A DNA stretch of 64,000 bases. Origin: Alphaproteobacteria bacterium (GTDB lineage: Bacteria > Pseudomonadota > Alphaproteobacteria > UBA6615). Positions 10,949 through 21,100 of the stretch are shown here, one piece after another (within the stretch, counting starts at the first letter, position 1; each line of letters begins with the position of its first letter). The translations under genes and the position numbers were made by a program. Under the pieces are notes generated by a model, which was not told where the DNA came from, did not search any database, and saw only the letters and a program-made list of their open reading frames with translations. The stretch lies in assembly GCA_009691025.1 (NCBI GenBank), contig SHWB01000007.1, forward strand, positions 28,231 through 92,230. Direction: 5' to 3'.

Positions 10949-12709
10949 TCAGCCCGTCTTGCCGCCGCCGGGCTTCGGGGGCGGCGGGGTCGTGCCGCCG
11001 CCGATGGCGACGCCCATCGATCGCATGATGAGGTACTGCTGCGCGATCGACAGGAGGTTGTTCCACGTCCAGTAGATCACCAGAGCGGACGGGAAGCTGG
11101 CGAGGAAGAAGGTGAATATCAGCGGCATGAAGGTGAACATCTTCGCCTGGATGGGATCGGCCGGCGCCGGGTTAAGCTTCATCTGGGCGAACATCGTGAT
11201 GCCCATGACGATCGGCCAGATGCCGATATGCAGCAGCGAGGGCGGCGACCACGGGACGAGGCCGAACAGCGTGAACAGATTGGTTGGGTCGACCGAGGAC
11301 AAGTCGCGGATCCAGCCGTAGAACGGCGCGTGCCTCACCTCGATCGAGATCAGGATAATCTTGTAGAGGGCGAAGAACACCGGGATCTGGATGACGATGG
11401 GCAAACAGCCGGAGACCGGGTTGACCTTCTCGCGGCGGTACAGCCCCATCAGCTCCTGCTGCATCTTCTGGCGGTCGGCGCCGTACTTTTCTCGCAGCTC
11501 CATCATCTTCGGCTGCAGCGCCTTCATCTTGCTCATCGATCGATAGGATTTGTTGGCGAGTGGGAAGAAGGCGAGTTTCACCAGCACGGTGAGGGCGAGG
11601 ATGGCGAGGCCGATATTGCCGAGGTAGTCGGTCAGCCAGAGCAGGAAGTGCAGAAAGGGCTTGGTGAGGAAGAAGAACCAGCCGAAATCGATGGCGCGGT
11701 CGAAGCGTTCGATGCCGTGATTATCGCGATAGGCGTCGAGCAGCTGGACGTGCTTGGCGCCGGCGAACAGGCGGTGGGTTACCTCGGCGCTGTAGCCAGG
11801 CGAGATGCTCTGCCAGCCGCCGCGCATGTCCGCCTGGTAGCGGTCGACGCCGCCCTCGACGGTATGGCGGAAGGCGGCATCGACCGCTGCCTGCTGGTCG
11901 GGGATCAGGGCCACCAGCCAGTAGATGTCGGTGAAGCCGATCCAGCCGCCGGTCGAGGCGTACTCTCGCGTGCGGTCGTCGACGACGTTGTCGTAGTTGG
12001 GCTCCTGCAGCACGCCGCCGAGCATGCCGATCGGGCCTTCATGGAGCACGAAGTAGCCGAGCGTCTCCGGCGTGCCGATGCGCCGCACGCGGCCGAACGG
12101 AAACAGCTTCGCCGTCTCGCTGCCGCGGTTGGTCACGCGGTCGGTGACCGTGAACAGGTAATGGTCGTCGACCGCGATGGTCCGCGTGAACAGCAGGCCG
12201 GCGCCGTTGTCGAGGGTGAGCGTCAGCGGCGAAGACGGTGTGAGCGTGCCGCCGGCGGATTGCCACTGCGCATCGCCGAGGCCGAAGCTGTGGTCCGCCT
12301 CGTCGACCCAGCCATATTCGACGTAGTAGGGGTTCGCGGTGCCCGGGGGGGCTAGCAGCGTGACGTCCGGGCTGTCCGGCGCGGCCGTCACCTGCTTGCG
12401 TAGCAGGGTGAGGTCGTCGATACGGCCGCCATCGAGATCGACCGAGCCGGACAGCGCCGGTGTCGCGATCTTCACCCGGCGCGACTGCGCTAGCACCTGC
12501 TCGCGCGGCGGCGTGGCGACCGCGCCGGTACCTCTGACGGCGGCACCCGGCACCGGCGGGCCGACGGCATTCCCCTGCGGCCGGGCCATCTCGGCCTGCT
12601 GCGCCAGCTCCGCCTCGCGCTGCATCTGCGGCGTCTCGACGAAGATGTTCCAGCCGAGCAGGATCGCCACGGAGAGCGCGATCGCGATGATGAGGTTCTT
12701 CTGGTCCAT
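10949..12709 (-). CDS. yidC: Membrane protein insertase YidC
   Basis: 586 aa; N-terminal TM helix, periplasmic domain, conserved C-terminal 5-TM core; rpmH-rnpA-yidD-yidC synteny. Confidence 0.9.
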   Translation of the reverse strand: MDQKNLIIAIALSVAILLGWNIFVETPQMQREAELAQQAEMARPQGNAVGPPVPGAAVRGTGAVATPPREQVLAQSRRVKIATPALSGSVDLDGGRIDDLTLLRKQVTAAPDSPDVTLLAPPGTANPYYVEYGWVDEADHSFGLGDAQWQSAGGTLTPSSPLTLTLDNGAGLLFTRTIAVDDHYLFTVTDRVTNRGSETAKLFPFGRVRRIGTPETLGYFVLHEGPIGMLGGVLQEPNYDNVVDDRTREYASTGGWIGFTDIYWLVALIPDQQAAVDAAFRHTVEGGVDRYQADMRGGWQSISPGYSAEVTHRLFAGAKHVQLLDAYRDNHGIERFDRAIDFGWFFFLTKPFLHFLLWLTDYLGNIGLAILALTVLVKLAFFPLANKSYRSMSKMKALQPKMMELREKYGADRQKMQQELMGLYRREKVNPVSGCLPIVIQIPVFFALYKIILISIEVRHAPFYGWIRDLSSVDPTNLFTLFGLVPWSPPSLLHIGIWPIVMGITMFAQMKLNPAPADPIQAKMFTFMPLIFTFFLASFPSALVIYWTWNNLLSIAQQYLIMRSMGVAIGGGTTPPPPKPGGGKTG

Positions 12710-12715
12710 GTCGCT

Positions 12716-12967
12716 TCAGCGCCCGGAGGTGGAAGGCGGCGGCACCGGGTCCCATCCCGCGCCACCCCAGGGGTGGCAGCGCAGGATGCGCCGCAGAGCG
12801 AGCCAGAAACCGGCGGCGGGCCCGTGATGGGCGATCGCCTCGGCGGCGTAATGCGAGCACGAGGGCTCGTAACGGCAATTGGGGCCGAGCACCGGCGCGG
12901 CGAAAAGCTGCCAGCAGCGGATGGCACCGCGCATCGCGAGTACGGTCGCGGCGCTCAGCGCCCTCAT
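12716..12967 (-). CDS. yidD: Membrane protein insertion efficiency factor YidD
   Basis: 83 aa with conserved C..YEPSCS.Y motif. Confidence 0.8.
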   Translation of the reverse strand: MRALSAATVLAMRGAIRCWQLFAAPVLGPNCRYEPSCSHYAAEAIAHHGPAAGFWLALRRILRCHPWGGAGWDPVPPPSTSGR

Positions 12968-13392
12968 GGCCGCGCCCCGCGGCGCTGCCAGGCAACCTGG
13001 GCCAGCGCGGTGCGCAGATCCTCGACCAGCGCGGCGTAGGGGCGCTCGACCGTGCCGGCCCGCGCGATCAGCACATAATCCGTTTCATCCTGCCCGGCTC
13101 TCGCCAGCACCTCGCGGACGGCCGCCCGCAGGCGGCGGCGGGCGCGGTTGCGCACCACGGCGCCACCAACCTTGCGCGACGCGGTGAAGCCGACACGGAT
13201 CGGGGGTTCGGTCGCCGGCAGACCGGCGGGACGGGGAGCCGCCTGCAGCACCAGGCCGGGCACGGCGACCTTGCGCCGCCCGGCGGCAACACGCAGGAAA
13301 TCGGCGCGGTGCCTCAGGCGGCCGGGCTGCGCTGGCACCACGCCTTCTGTCCAATGATCGTTCGCGCCCGCGGCCGAACCCGGAGCGTCCAT
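12964..13392 (-). CDS. rnpA: Ribonuclease P protein component
   Basis: RnpA motifs ([33 protein letters not shown]); ATG at 13392. Confidence 0.8.
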   Translation of the reverse strand: MDAPGSAAGANDHWTEGVVPAQPGRLRHRADFLRVAAGRRKVAVPGLVLQAAPRPAGLPATEPPIRVGFTASRKVGGAVVRNRARRRLRAAVREVLARAGQDETDYVLIARAGTVERPYAALVEDLRTALAQVAWQRRGARP

Positions 13393-13451
13393 CCGCAACC
13401 CCGCTGTGACGGGCAGTCTTTTCGGTCGCGCCGGCCGCAAACGCCCGGCTG

Positions 13452-13586
13452 TCAGGCGGACAGCCGCTTGCGACCCTTGGCGCGGCGATGTGCCAGAATC
13501 CGGCGTCCGCCGACAGTCTTCATGCGCGCGCGGAAGCCGTGGCGCCGCTTGCGCACGAGCTTGCTGGGCTGATAGGTCCGTTTCAC
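13452..13586 (-). CDS. rpmH: 50S ribosomal protein L34
   Basis: 44-aa product (V/M)[43 protein letters not shown]; GTG start at 13586 with an AGGA RBS; hidden inside a long antisense ORF in the track. Confidence 0.85.
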   Translation of the reverse strand: MKRTYQPSKLVRKRRHGFRARMKTVGGRRILAHRRAKGRKRLSA

Positions 13587-13710
13587 GCGCGGAAATCCTG
13601 CGGTTGGGAGGTCGCCGAAAGCCTGCGCTGTATAGGGAAGGCGCGCCCTCCCTGTCAATGCAAGTGGCTGTCTGCGTCGCCCGGCCGCGTCACGCAACGG
13701 TGACTGGCAG

Positions 13711-14562
13711 GTGATGCGGCCAGCCGCCACCTCCTCGAATGAGCTGCCATCGCCCGGACAGAACCACATGAACGGCCCAGACCCGTCGCGGCCACCCCCA
13801 CCCCGACCCTCTCCCGTCCAGGGGGGGCGAGATGTTACCGGCCGGCGCGCCCTCGCCCGCTTCTGGCCGCTGGCGGTGCCGGCGGCCGGGCTGGCGCTGT
13901 TCTTCGCCCTCGGCCTCAACCGCCATGCGTGCTTTTCCGTACTGGGAAACAACCGTGAGTGGCTGCTGGCCGAGGTCGCGCGCCTCGGTTTCTGGGCCCC
14001 CGCGGCCTTTGCTGCCATGTATGCCGTCGCCGCCGCTTTCGCGCTGCCGGGCGGCACGCTGCTGACGCTGGCCGGAGGCTTCCTGTTCGGCACGCTGTGG
14101 GGCGGCCTCGCCGCGCTGGCCGGCGCCACATTGGGCGCGACGGTGGTGTTCCTCGCCGCCCGCACGGCCTTCGGCGACGCCCTGCGGCGTCGCGCCGGGC
14201 CGGGAATGCGCCGGCTGGAGGACGGGCTGCGGGAGAATGCCATGTCCTACCTGCTGGTGCTGCGGCTGGTCCCCCTGTTCCCGTTCTGGCTGGTCAACCT
14301 CGCGCCGGCCTTCTTCGGCGTTCGGCTGCGCACCTATGTGCTTGCGACGACAATTGGCATCGTGCCTGGCACCTTCGTCTTTGCCTGGGTCGGCAGCGGC
14401 CTGGGCGCCGTATTCGCCGCCGGGGGCGAACCTGATTTGGCGATCGTCTTCGCCCCGGAGGTGCTGGGCCCGCTGCTGGCGCTGGCGGCGCTGGCGCTGG
14501 TGCCGGTGGCTTGGCGCTGCTTCACCGCGCGACGCCGCCGCGGCGCGGGCGACCTCGACTAG
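13711..14562 (+). CDS. DedA/TVP38/TMEM64-family membrane protein
   Basis: Multi-TM protein with DedA-like core ([16 protein letters not shown] ... [11 protein letters not shown]). Confidence 0.7.
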   Translation: MMRPAATSSNELPSPGQNHMNGPDPSRPPPPRPSPVQGGRDVTGRRALARFWPLAVPAAGLALFFALGLNRHACFSVLGNNREWLLAEVARLGFWAPAAFAAMYAVAAAFALPGGTLLTLAGGFLFGTLWGGLAALAGATLGATVVFLAARTAFGDALRRRAGPGMRRLEDGLRENAMSYLLVLRLVPLFPFWLVNLAPAFFGVRLRTYVLATTIGIVPGTFVFAWVGSGLGAVFAAGGEPDLAIVFAPEVLGPLLALAALALVPVAWRCFTARRRRGAGDLD

Positions 14563-14571
14563 AAGGCAGCG

Positions 14572-16008
14572 ATGGCCGGAACTCTCCACGCGGATCTCTG
14601 CGTCGTCGGCGCCGGCTCGGGCGGGCTGTCGGTGGCCGCTGGTGCTGCGCGCCTCGGGCTCTCGGTCGTGCTGTTCGAGCGCGCGCGGATGGGCGGCGAC
14701 TGCCTCAACACCGGCTGCGTGCCCTCGAAGGCTCTGCTGGCGGCCGCCGCGGCCGCCGCCAGCTCTGCACGCGCCGCCGCGCTCGGCGTCGATCTCGGCC
14801 CCACCAGGGTCGATTTCGCCCGCGTGCGCGCGCATGTCCACGACGTCATCGCGCAGATCGCGCCGCACGATTCAGTCGAACGCTTCGAGGGTCTGGGCGT
14901 GCATGTGATCGCGCAGCACGCGCGCTTCGCCGGCCCGCGCGAGATCGTTGCCGCCGACGGAACCCGTGTCGTCAGCCGCCGCTTCGTCGTCGCCACCGGC
15001 TCGCGCGCTGCGGTGCCGCCGATCCCCGGCCTCGACGCGGTGCCATACGAGACCAACGAGACCATCTTCGAGCGCACAACCATGCCCGCCCATCTGCTGG
15101 TGATCGGCGGCGGCCCCATCGGCATGGAGCTGGCGCAGGCCTTCCGCCGGCTCGGCAGCGCGGTGACGGTGATCGAGGCGCAGCACTGCCTCGGCAACGA
15201 CGACCCAGTGCTGGCCGCCATCGTGCGCGACGCGCTCCTCGCCGAGGGCGTCGCGATCCACGAGGGCACCTACGTGCGCCGCGTCGCGCTCGCCGGTGAT
15301 GGTGGCGTCGGCCTCGTCGTCGCCGGCCAGGATGGCGAGGAACGCACGCTCGTCGGCAGCGACGTGCTGGTCGCCGTCGGTCGCCGGCCGAATATCGAGG
15401 ATCTCGGCCTCGAGGCCGCCGGAATCGCAGCGGGGCCGCGCGGCATCGTCGTCGACCGCCGCCTGCGCACTTCCAATCGCCGCGTCTGGGCCGTGGGCGA
15501 CGTCGCCGGCGGGCTGCAATTCACCCATGTCGCCGGCTGGCATGCAGGCCTCGTCCTGCGCAACGCGTTGTTCCGCCTGCCGGTCGACGCGGCACCGCGC
15601 GCCGTACCCTGGGTCACCTACGCCGATCCCGAACTCGCCCATGTCGGCCTGACCGAGGCGCAGGCGCGCGCCCGCCACGGCGACCGCGTGCGCGTCACCG
15701 TCGCGCCCTTCGCCGACAACGACCGCGCCCGTGCCGAGCGGCGCACCGCCGGGCTGGTCAAGGTGGTGGCGGGTCGCGGCGGCCGCATCCTCGGCTGCAG
15801 CATCGCCGGGGCGCATGCCGGCGAGCTGATCCAGCCCTGGGTGCTGGCCCTGTCGCGCGGCCTGAAACTGTCGGCCATGGCCGGCATGATCGCGCCGTAT
15901 CCGACGCTGGGCGAGGCCGGCAAGAGCGCCGCCGGCGCCTGGTACGAGGCGTCGCTGTTCTCGCCGGCGACGCGCGCCCTCGTGCGCCTGCTCCGACACC
16001 TTCCGTGA
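14572..16008 (+). CDS. FAD-dependent pyridine nucleotide-disulfide oxidoreductase (dihydrolipoamide dehydrogenase / mercuric reductase-like)
   Basis: GAGSGG FAD site, redox-active disulfide GGDCLNTGCVPSK, NADH site, C-terminal dimerisation domain; commonly paired with a DedA gene. Confidence 0.8.
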   Translation: MAGTLHADLCVVGAGSGGLSVAAGAARLGLSVVLFERARMGGDCLNTGCVPSKALLAAAAAAASSARAAALGVDLGPTRVDFARVRAHVHDVIAQIAPHDSVERFEGLGVHVIAQHARFAGPREIVAADGTRVVSRRFVVATGSRAAVPPIPGLDAVPYETNETIFERTTMPAHLLVIGGGPIGMELAQAFRRLGSAVTVIEAQHCLGNDDPVLAAIVRDALLAEGVAIHEGTYVRRVALAGDGGVGLVVAGQDGEERTLVGSDVLVAVGRRPNIEDLGLEAAGIAAGPRGIVVDRRLRTSNRRVWAVGDVAGGLQFTHVAGWHAGLVLRNALFRLPVDAAPRAVPWVTYADPELAHVGLTEAQARARHGDRVRVTVAPFADNDRARAERRTAGLVKVVAGRGGRILGCSIAGAHAGELIQPWVLALSRGLKLSAMAGMIAPYPTLGEAGKSAAGAWYEASLFSPATRALVRLLRHLP

Positions 16009-16144
16009 CAGGACAAGAGGCCGCAGGGGGCCACAGGGGCCGCATTAGCGCGCGATGTGCTATGAACGATTCATGTCCGGAATCGCACGCATTGACGTGC
16101 CGCCCCTGACGCATTCGCTGTAGGCGCGCCTGCGGGCGCTGACG

Positions 16145-17425
16145 GTGGCGTTAGTCATGCTGGCGGAAGGGCTGATCTACCTGCCGTCGATCGCCAATTT
16201 ACGAGTCAACGGGCTGACCGAACGCGTCGCCGCCGCGCGTCTCGCCGCGCTGGCGATAGAAACCACGCCGGAGGGCGGAATCGCCGGCGGCACCAAGGCC
16301 GAGGTGCTGCGGCTGTCCGGCGCCAGCGCCATCGTGCTCTCACGCCCCGACCGCCGCGTGCTGCTGTTCGTTGACGTGCCGCCGCCGGTCGAGGTCGTCG
16401 TCGACCTGCGCCGGCGCTCGGTGCTGCCGCCCGTCGGGGCGGCGCTCTATTCGATGCTCTTCGGCCGCGACCGCACCATGCTCGCGATCGCCACGTCGCA
16501 TGGCGAACCGGACCTCGTCGTGGAGATCGTGCTCAACGAGGCGCAGCTCTGCGCGTCGATGCTGGCCTATTCGCGCAACGTGCTGCTGCTGTCGATCGCG
16601 ATCTCGCTAATCACCGGCGTGCTGCTCTACCTCGTGCTGCTCGGGCTGGTGGCGCGGCCGCTCGGCCGCATCGCCGGCGGCGTCGCCGATTTCGCGCGCG
16701 CGCCGCAGGACGAGCGAGCCGACGTCGACCCGACCGAGCGGCGCGATGAACTCGGCGTCGTGCAGCAGGCGCTGGGCGGCATGCAGCGCGACGTGCGCGC
16801 CGCGCTCGGCGAACGCGCGCGCCTCTCCGCCCTCGGCTCGGCGGTCGGCAAGATCAACCACGATTTGCGCGGCATCATGTCGACGGCGGTGTTGCTGACC
16901 GACCGGCCGGAGACGCTGGAGCAGCCGGAAATGCGGCGTCTCACCGGCCGTGCCAACCAGGCCATCGACCGCGCCATCGGCCTGTGCACGCAGACGCCCG
17001 ATTTTGCACGTGACGCCGGCCCGTCGCTGGAACGCGCGCGCTACCGTCAGCGCTACCTCGTTGTCCGGGTCGCCGACGAACTCGCCATCCTCGCCGGCAG
17101 CGCTCGCGGGCCGGGAGCTCGGCTGGTCAACGAGATTCCGATCGCCACGGTCGTTGAGGCCGACCACGAGCAGCTCTGGCGCGTCTTCGCCGACCTCGCC
17201 CGCAACGCCTTCGAGGACGGCTCGACCGCCGTGCATGTGAGCCTCTGATCGGGCGACGCCGCGCCGGCGGTCTTCGCCATCGCAGTCGCCGATGACGGCC
17301 CCGGCCTCGGCCTCGCCATCGGCCGCGACGTGATGCGCGCGCACGACGGCGATATCGTCCTGCTATCCACCGGCGACCCGGGGACGGTTTTCAGGCTGAC
17401 GTTGCCCGCTCCGCCCGGCACGTAA
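16145..17425 (+). pseudogene. Sensor histidine kinase interrupted by an in-frame TGA at 17246-17248
   Basis: H-box INHDLRGIMST, N-box LARNAFEDGSTAVHVSL[TGA]SGDAAPAVFAIAVADDGPGLGLAIGRDVMRAHDGDIVLLSTGDPGTVFRLTLP; the G1/G2 ATPase boxes follow the stop in the same frame. Confidence 0.65.
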
Positions 17426-17430
17426 ACGCG

Positions 17431-18318
17431 CTACGAAGCCAGCACCTCGAACAGGGATGGCCCCTTCGGCTTCCAGCCGAGCATGGCTCGCGCCTTTGTC
17501 GCATCGATGCGGCTGTTGGAGCCGAAACTCAGCGCCATGTTCGGGCCCCAGGCACGCATTGCCTCCGGCAGCGACAGGCTCTTTGTGGCATTGCCGAAGC
17601 CGAGCTTGCGGTTGATCGCCGCGGCTATGTCGCCGAGCGCGGCCTCGCCGGATTCGACGAAGAACAGCGAGCCGGCCGGCGCGCGCTCCAGCGCCAGCAG
17701 GTAGATGTCGGCGCAATCGTCGAGATGCACGTTCGACCAGACGTTACGTCCGGGGCCGACATGGCCGGCCACGCCCCATTCGCGCGCCGTGCGGATCATC
17801 ATCGGCACCTGCATGCTGTCGCGGTTGAGGCCCGGCCCGTCTCCATAGATCATGCAGGGCGTCAGCACCACCGAGCGCACACCCTGCCGCGCCGCCGGCA
17901 GCACGATCTGGCGTTCGACGGAGAACCATCCGGCGCGGTCGGCCAGAGGCACGAAGGGGGTGTCCTCGCTGTACACGGCCTCGCTCGCCTCGCCTCCGGC
18001 ATTGTCGGCAACGATCGAGGAGCCGCTGGTGTGGATGTACGGCTTGCCGCTGCCGGCGAGAGCCGCGACGATGGTGCGCGCCGAGACCGGGTGATTGGTG
18101 CTGGCGAGGTTGATGACGGCGTCGGCGCCGCGAGCGGCGTACTCTATCGTCTCGATGTCGTCGAGCGTGCCGAGCACCGGCGTGGCGCCGAGACGGGCGA
18201 GGCCGTCGGCCTTTTCCCGGTTGCGCGCGAGGCCCGTCACGCTGTGGCCGGCTGCCAGCAGCTTAAGCGCCACGGCGCCGCCGATATAGCCCGACGCGCC
18301 TGTCATGAAGACTTTCAT
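17431..18318 (-). CDS. NAD(P)-dependent epimerase/dehydratase (SDR/NmrA-like)
   Basis: Rossmann motif MTGASGYIGGAV; ATG at 18318. Confidence 0.7.
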   Translation of the reverse strand: MKVFMTGASGYIGGAVALKLLAAGHSVTGLARNREKADGLARLGATPVLGTLDDIETIEYAARGADAVINLASTNHPVSARTIVAALAGSGKPYIHTSGSSIVADNAGGEASEAVYSEDTPFVPLADRAGWFSVERQIVLPAARQGVRSVVLTPCMIYGDGPGLNRDSMQVPMMIRTAREWGVAGHVGPGRNVWSNVHLDDCADIYLLALERAPAGSLFFVESGEAALGDIAAAINRKLGFGNATKSLSLPEAMRAWGPNMALSFGSNSRIDATKARAMLGWKPKGPSLFEVLAS

Positions 18319-18367
18319 CGTCGCCTCTCCTGTATCGCCGCCGAGTCGTGCGCGGCTAGCCTTGTTG

Positions 18368-19582
18368 TCAGTCGAGCTGCAGGACCAGTGCCTTGAGGTA
18401 GGCGCTCTCCGGCAGGTAGGGATGCACGGGATGGTCGGGTGCGGCGCCGGCCGAGCGCAGGATGCGGCCGTCGCGCCGCGCATCGGCGAGGCCTCGCCGC
18501 ACCTGGTTGGTGAAGGTCTCGACATCGACATGATGCGAGCATGAAGCTGTGAGCAGGAAGCCGCCCGGCTCGACGATGCCCGCCGCGAGCCGCGCCAGCT
18601 TGCGGTAGCCGCGCACGCCGGCGTGGAAATCCTTCTTCGACTTCACGAAGGCCGGCGGGTCGACGATGACGAGGCCGTAGCGTTCGCCCTCGCGCCCGAG
18701 GCGTTCTAGCGTCGCGAAGGTCTCGGACTTGTGCAAGGCGACGTGGTCGCCGACGCCGCTGGCCTGCGCGGCGCGGCCGGCGAGATCGAGCGCCGGCTGT
18801 GAGCGGTCGAAGGCGTCGACATGCGCAGCACCGCCGGCCGCCGTCGCCACGGCGAAGCCGCCGGCATAGGTGTAGAAATCGGCGACGCGGCGGCCGCGCG
18901 CAAGCGCGGCGGCGAAGGCGCGGTTGTCGCGCTGGTCGTAGAACCAGCCGGTCTTCTGGCCGCCGGCGACGTCGGCGAAGAAGGTGCAGCCGTTCTCCAG
19001 CACCTCGATGGCGCCTGCGGACTCACCGCGTACAACTCGCACATACTGGTCGAGACCTTCGAGTTTGCGCACGGCGGTATCGTTGCGTAGCACGACGGTG
19101 CGCGGCGCCACGACGCGGTCGAGCGCGGCGATCAGCGTGTCGGCCAGCCTTTCCATGCCGGCGGTGTTGATCTGCAGGACCACCGTGTCGCCGAAACGGT
19201 CGATGATGGCGCCGGGCAGGCCGTCGGCCTCGGCATGAGCGAGGCGGTAGTAGGGCATGGCGTACAGCGCCTCGCGCACCGCCAGCGCTCGGACGAGACG
19301 CGCGGCGAAGAATCCGGCGTCGATAGTAGCGCCGGCGTCGCGTGTCAGCAGCCGGGCGGCGATCAGCGGGTGCGGGTTGAAGGTGGCGATGCCGAGCGCG
19401 CGCCCGTTGTCGTCCTCCAGCAGCACCAGCGAGCCGGGCTCCACGCGGCCCTTGGTGCGCGCCATGTCGATCTCGTTGGCGAAGATCCACGGATGGCCGG
19501 CCGCGACGCGGCGGGCGCGGCCGGGCAGCAGGCGCACCGGCGGCAGGCCGGCGGCGACGAAGGCAGGGGCGGCAAGGGACAT
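18368..19582 (-). CDS. rlmI: 23S rRNA (cytosine-C5) methyltransferase RlmI-like SAM-dependent methyltransferase with PUA domain
   Basis: Full-length about 404 aa; PUA-like N-terminus; class I SAM-binding core (DAFDRSQPALDLA..., VDPPAF). Confidence 0.75.
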   Translation of the reverse strand: MSLAAPAFVAAGLPPVRLLPGRARRVAAGHPWIFANEIDMARTKGRVEPGSLVLLEDDNGRALGIATFNPHPLIAARLLTRDAGATIDAGFFAARLVRALAVREALYAMPYYRLAHAEADGLPGAIIDRFGDTVVLQINTAGMERLADTLIAALDRVVAPRTVVLRNDTAVRKLEGLDQYVRVVRGESAGAIEVLENGCTFFADVAGGQKTGWFYDQRDNRAFAAALARGRRVADFYTYAGGFAVATAAGGAAHVDAFDRSQPALDLAGRAAQASGVGDHVALHKSETFATLERLGREGERYGLVIVDPPAFVKSKKDFHAGVRGYRKLARLAAGIVEPGGFLLTASCSHHVDVETFTNQVRRGLADARRDGRILRSAGAAPDHPVHPYLPESAYLKALVLQLD

Positions 19583-19595
19583 GGCCGCAGTCTAG

Positions 19596-20054
19596 TCACC
19601 GGCCCCGGTGAAGCAACCGCGGGTCAGACAAGCGCCTTGACGAGATCGGGCGGCGCGGGCCGGCCCCCGGCCGCCTCTCGTGGCGGCTCTGGCGGCCGAG
19701 TTCGACACGCAGGTTGTGGCCGCTGACCGCGCGGGCCTGTTCCTCCATCGCCGCTGCGAGGCGACTGGCGGTCTGGCCGCCGGCGCCGAGATCGGCGGCG
19801 GCGAGGTTTTCGGCCACCAGAGGCGGGCCTTCCAGCAGCCGGTCGACGCGACGCCAGGAAAACAGGGCGTGCAGATAGCCGTCCGGCGTCTCCAGCACGG
19901 TGATGCCGGTCTCGCCGGGCGATTGCTGGCCGGCACCCATCGCGAAGGCGCGCCAGCGCCCGACGCTGAGGGCCGGGTCGAGGGCGCGCACGAGGGCGAA
20001 GGCCCGTTCGAGGCGTTCGGGCGGCAGGCGGCGAGCGACGAGGCGGGTGTGCAT
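19596..20054 (-). CDS. Hypothetical protein (possible acyltransferase-like fold)
   Basis: ORF with coding-like composition, divergent from the fnr-like gene; FNR/FixK box immediately upstream. Confidence 0.35.
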   Translation of the reverse strand: MHTRLVARRLPPERLERAFALVRALDPALSVGRWRAFAMGAGQQSPGETGITVLETPDGYLHALFSWRRVDRLLEGPPLVAENLAAADLGAGGQTASRLAAAMEEQARAVSGHNLRVELGRQSRHERRPGAGPRRPISSRRLSDPRLLHRGR

Positions 20055-20107
20055 GGCAGCCTCACGAAGGGTGGCGCCAGATTGCGTGTCGGCGGCCGTC
20101 CCCGTCA

Positions 20108-20121
20108 TTGACGTGAGTCAA
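20108..20121. promoter_or_regulatory. FNR/FixK-type anaerobox TTGAC-N4-GTCAA
   Basis: Perfect palindrome ttgacgtgagtcaa between the divergent hypothetical gene and the fnrN-like gene. Confidence 0.55.
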
Positions 20122-20215
20122 GGTGGCGCCGCCGCTCGCCGGTCCGGCGGGTTGTCCTGGATCAATTCGCCGCCGGCGGGACGGCGTAGGCTTGCCATAA
20201 AGCGGGGACGGAACG

Positions 20216-20974
20216 ATGACCCTGGGCGAGACTCACGGCCGGCCGGCGGCGAACCAGCCCGATTGCTGCGATGGCGGCGGCCTCAGCGCCGCCTGCCGCG
20301 TTTGTACGGTACGGCCGAGCGCGGTCTGCGCGACCCCCGACGATGGTTAGCTCGCGCGCCTCGACGCCATCGCGGCGCGGGTGACGGCCGCGTTCGGCAC
20401 CGACATCTTCCGCGAGGGCGAGCCCGCCGGGGCGCTCTACAACCTCACCGCCGGCACCGTGAAACTCTACAATATGCTGCCCGACGGCCGCCAGCAGGTC
20501 GCCGGCGCCCTGTTTCCCGGCGACTTCCTAGGCCTCGCCATGAACGATGCCTACGCCCATACGGCCGAGGCGATGGACGACGCCGCCCTCTGCCGCTTCC
20601 CGCGCGGCCGCTTCGAGGGGCTGCTGGAGCGCATCCCACGCCTCGAGTACCGCCTGCTGGCGATGGTTTCGAACGAACTTGCCCAGGTCCAGGACCAGAT
20701 GCTGCTGCTCGGCCGCAAGAATGCGACCGATAAGATCGCCAACTTCCTGCTGCAGCTGTCGCGCCGCCAGGCGGCGCGGAGAGAGCCGGCAAACCCGGTG
20801 CGCATGCCGATGGGCCGCACCGACATCGCCGACTATCTCGGCCTGACCACGGAGACCGTCAGCCGCACCCTCACCAGCCTCAAGACCGGCGGTCCGATCC
20901 GCCTGCTGCACGGCAACTCGGTGGAGCTGCGCGACCGCGCCGCCCTGGAGGCGCGGGCCGGGGGCGGATCGTGA
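20216..20974 (+). pseudogene. fnrN: FnrN/FixK-family CRP/FNR transcriptional regulator interrupted by an in-frame TAG at 20348-20350
   Basis: Upstream of the ORF-track start the same frame encodes the FNR N-terminal Cys cluster CRVCTVRPSAVCATPDDG[TAG]LARLDAIAARV, then the cNMP-binding (IFREGEPA) and HTH (TDIADYLGLTTETVSRTL) regions. Confidence 0.65.
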
Positions 20975-21031
20975 GGGCCTCGTCCTTCGACAGGCTCGCC
21001 TCACCCTGAGCCTGTCGCAGGGCGAGGCGAG
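20974..21031. repeat. REP/MITE-like palindromic element (family 1), short copy
   Basis: GGCCTCGTCCTTCGACAGGCTCGCCTCACCCTGAGCCTGTCGCAGGGCGAGGCGAGCC between the fnrN-like gene and the M20 remnant. Confidence 0.45.
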
Positions 21032-21100
21032 CCTCCCTCGGTGCTCGGCGAAAGGTCCGCCCGCGTTGACCGGCTCACGGCGCGCTTCTAGCCTTCCCCC

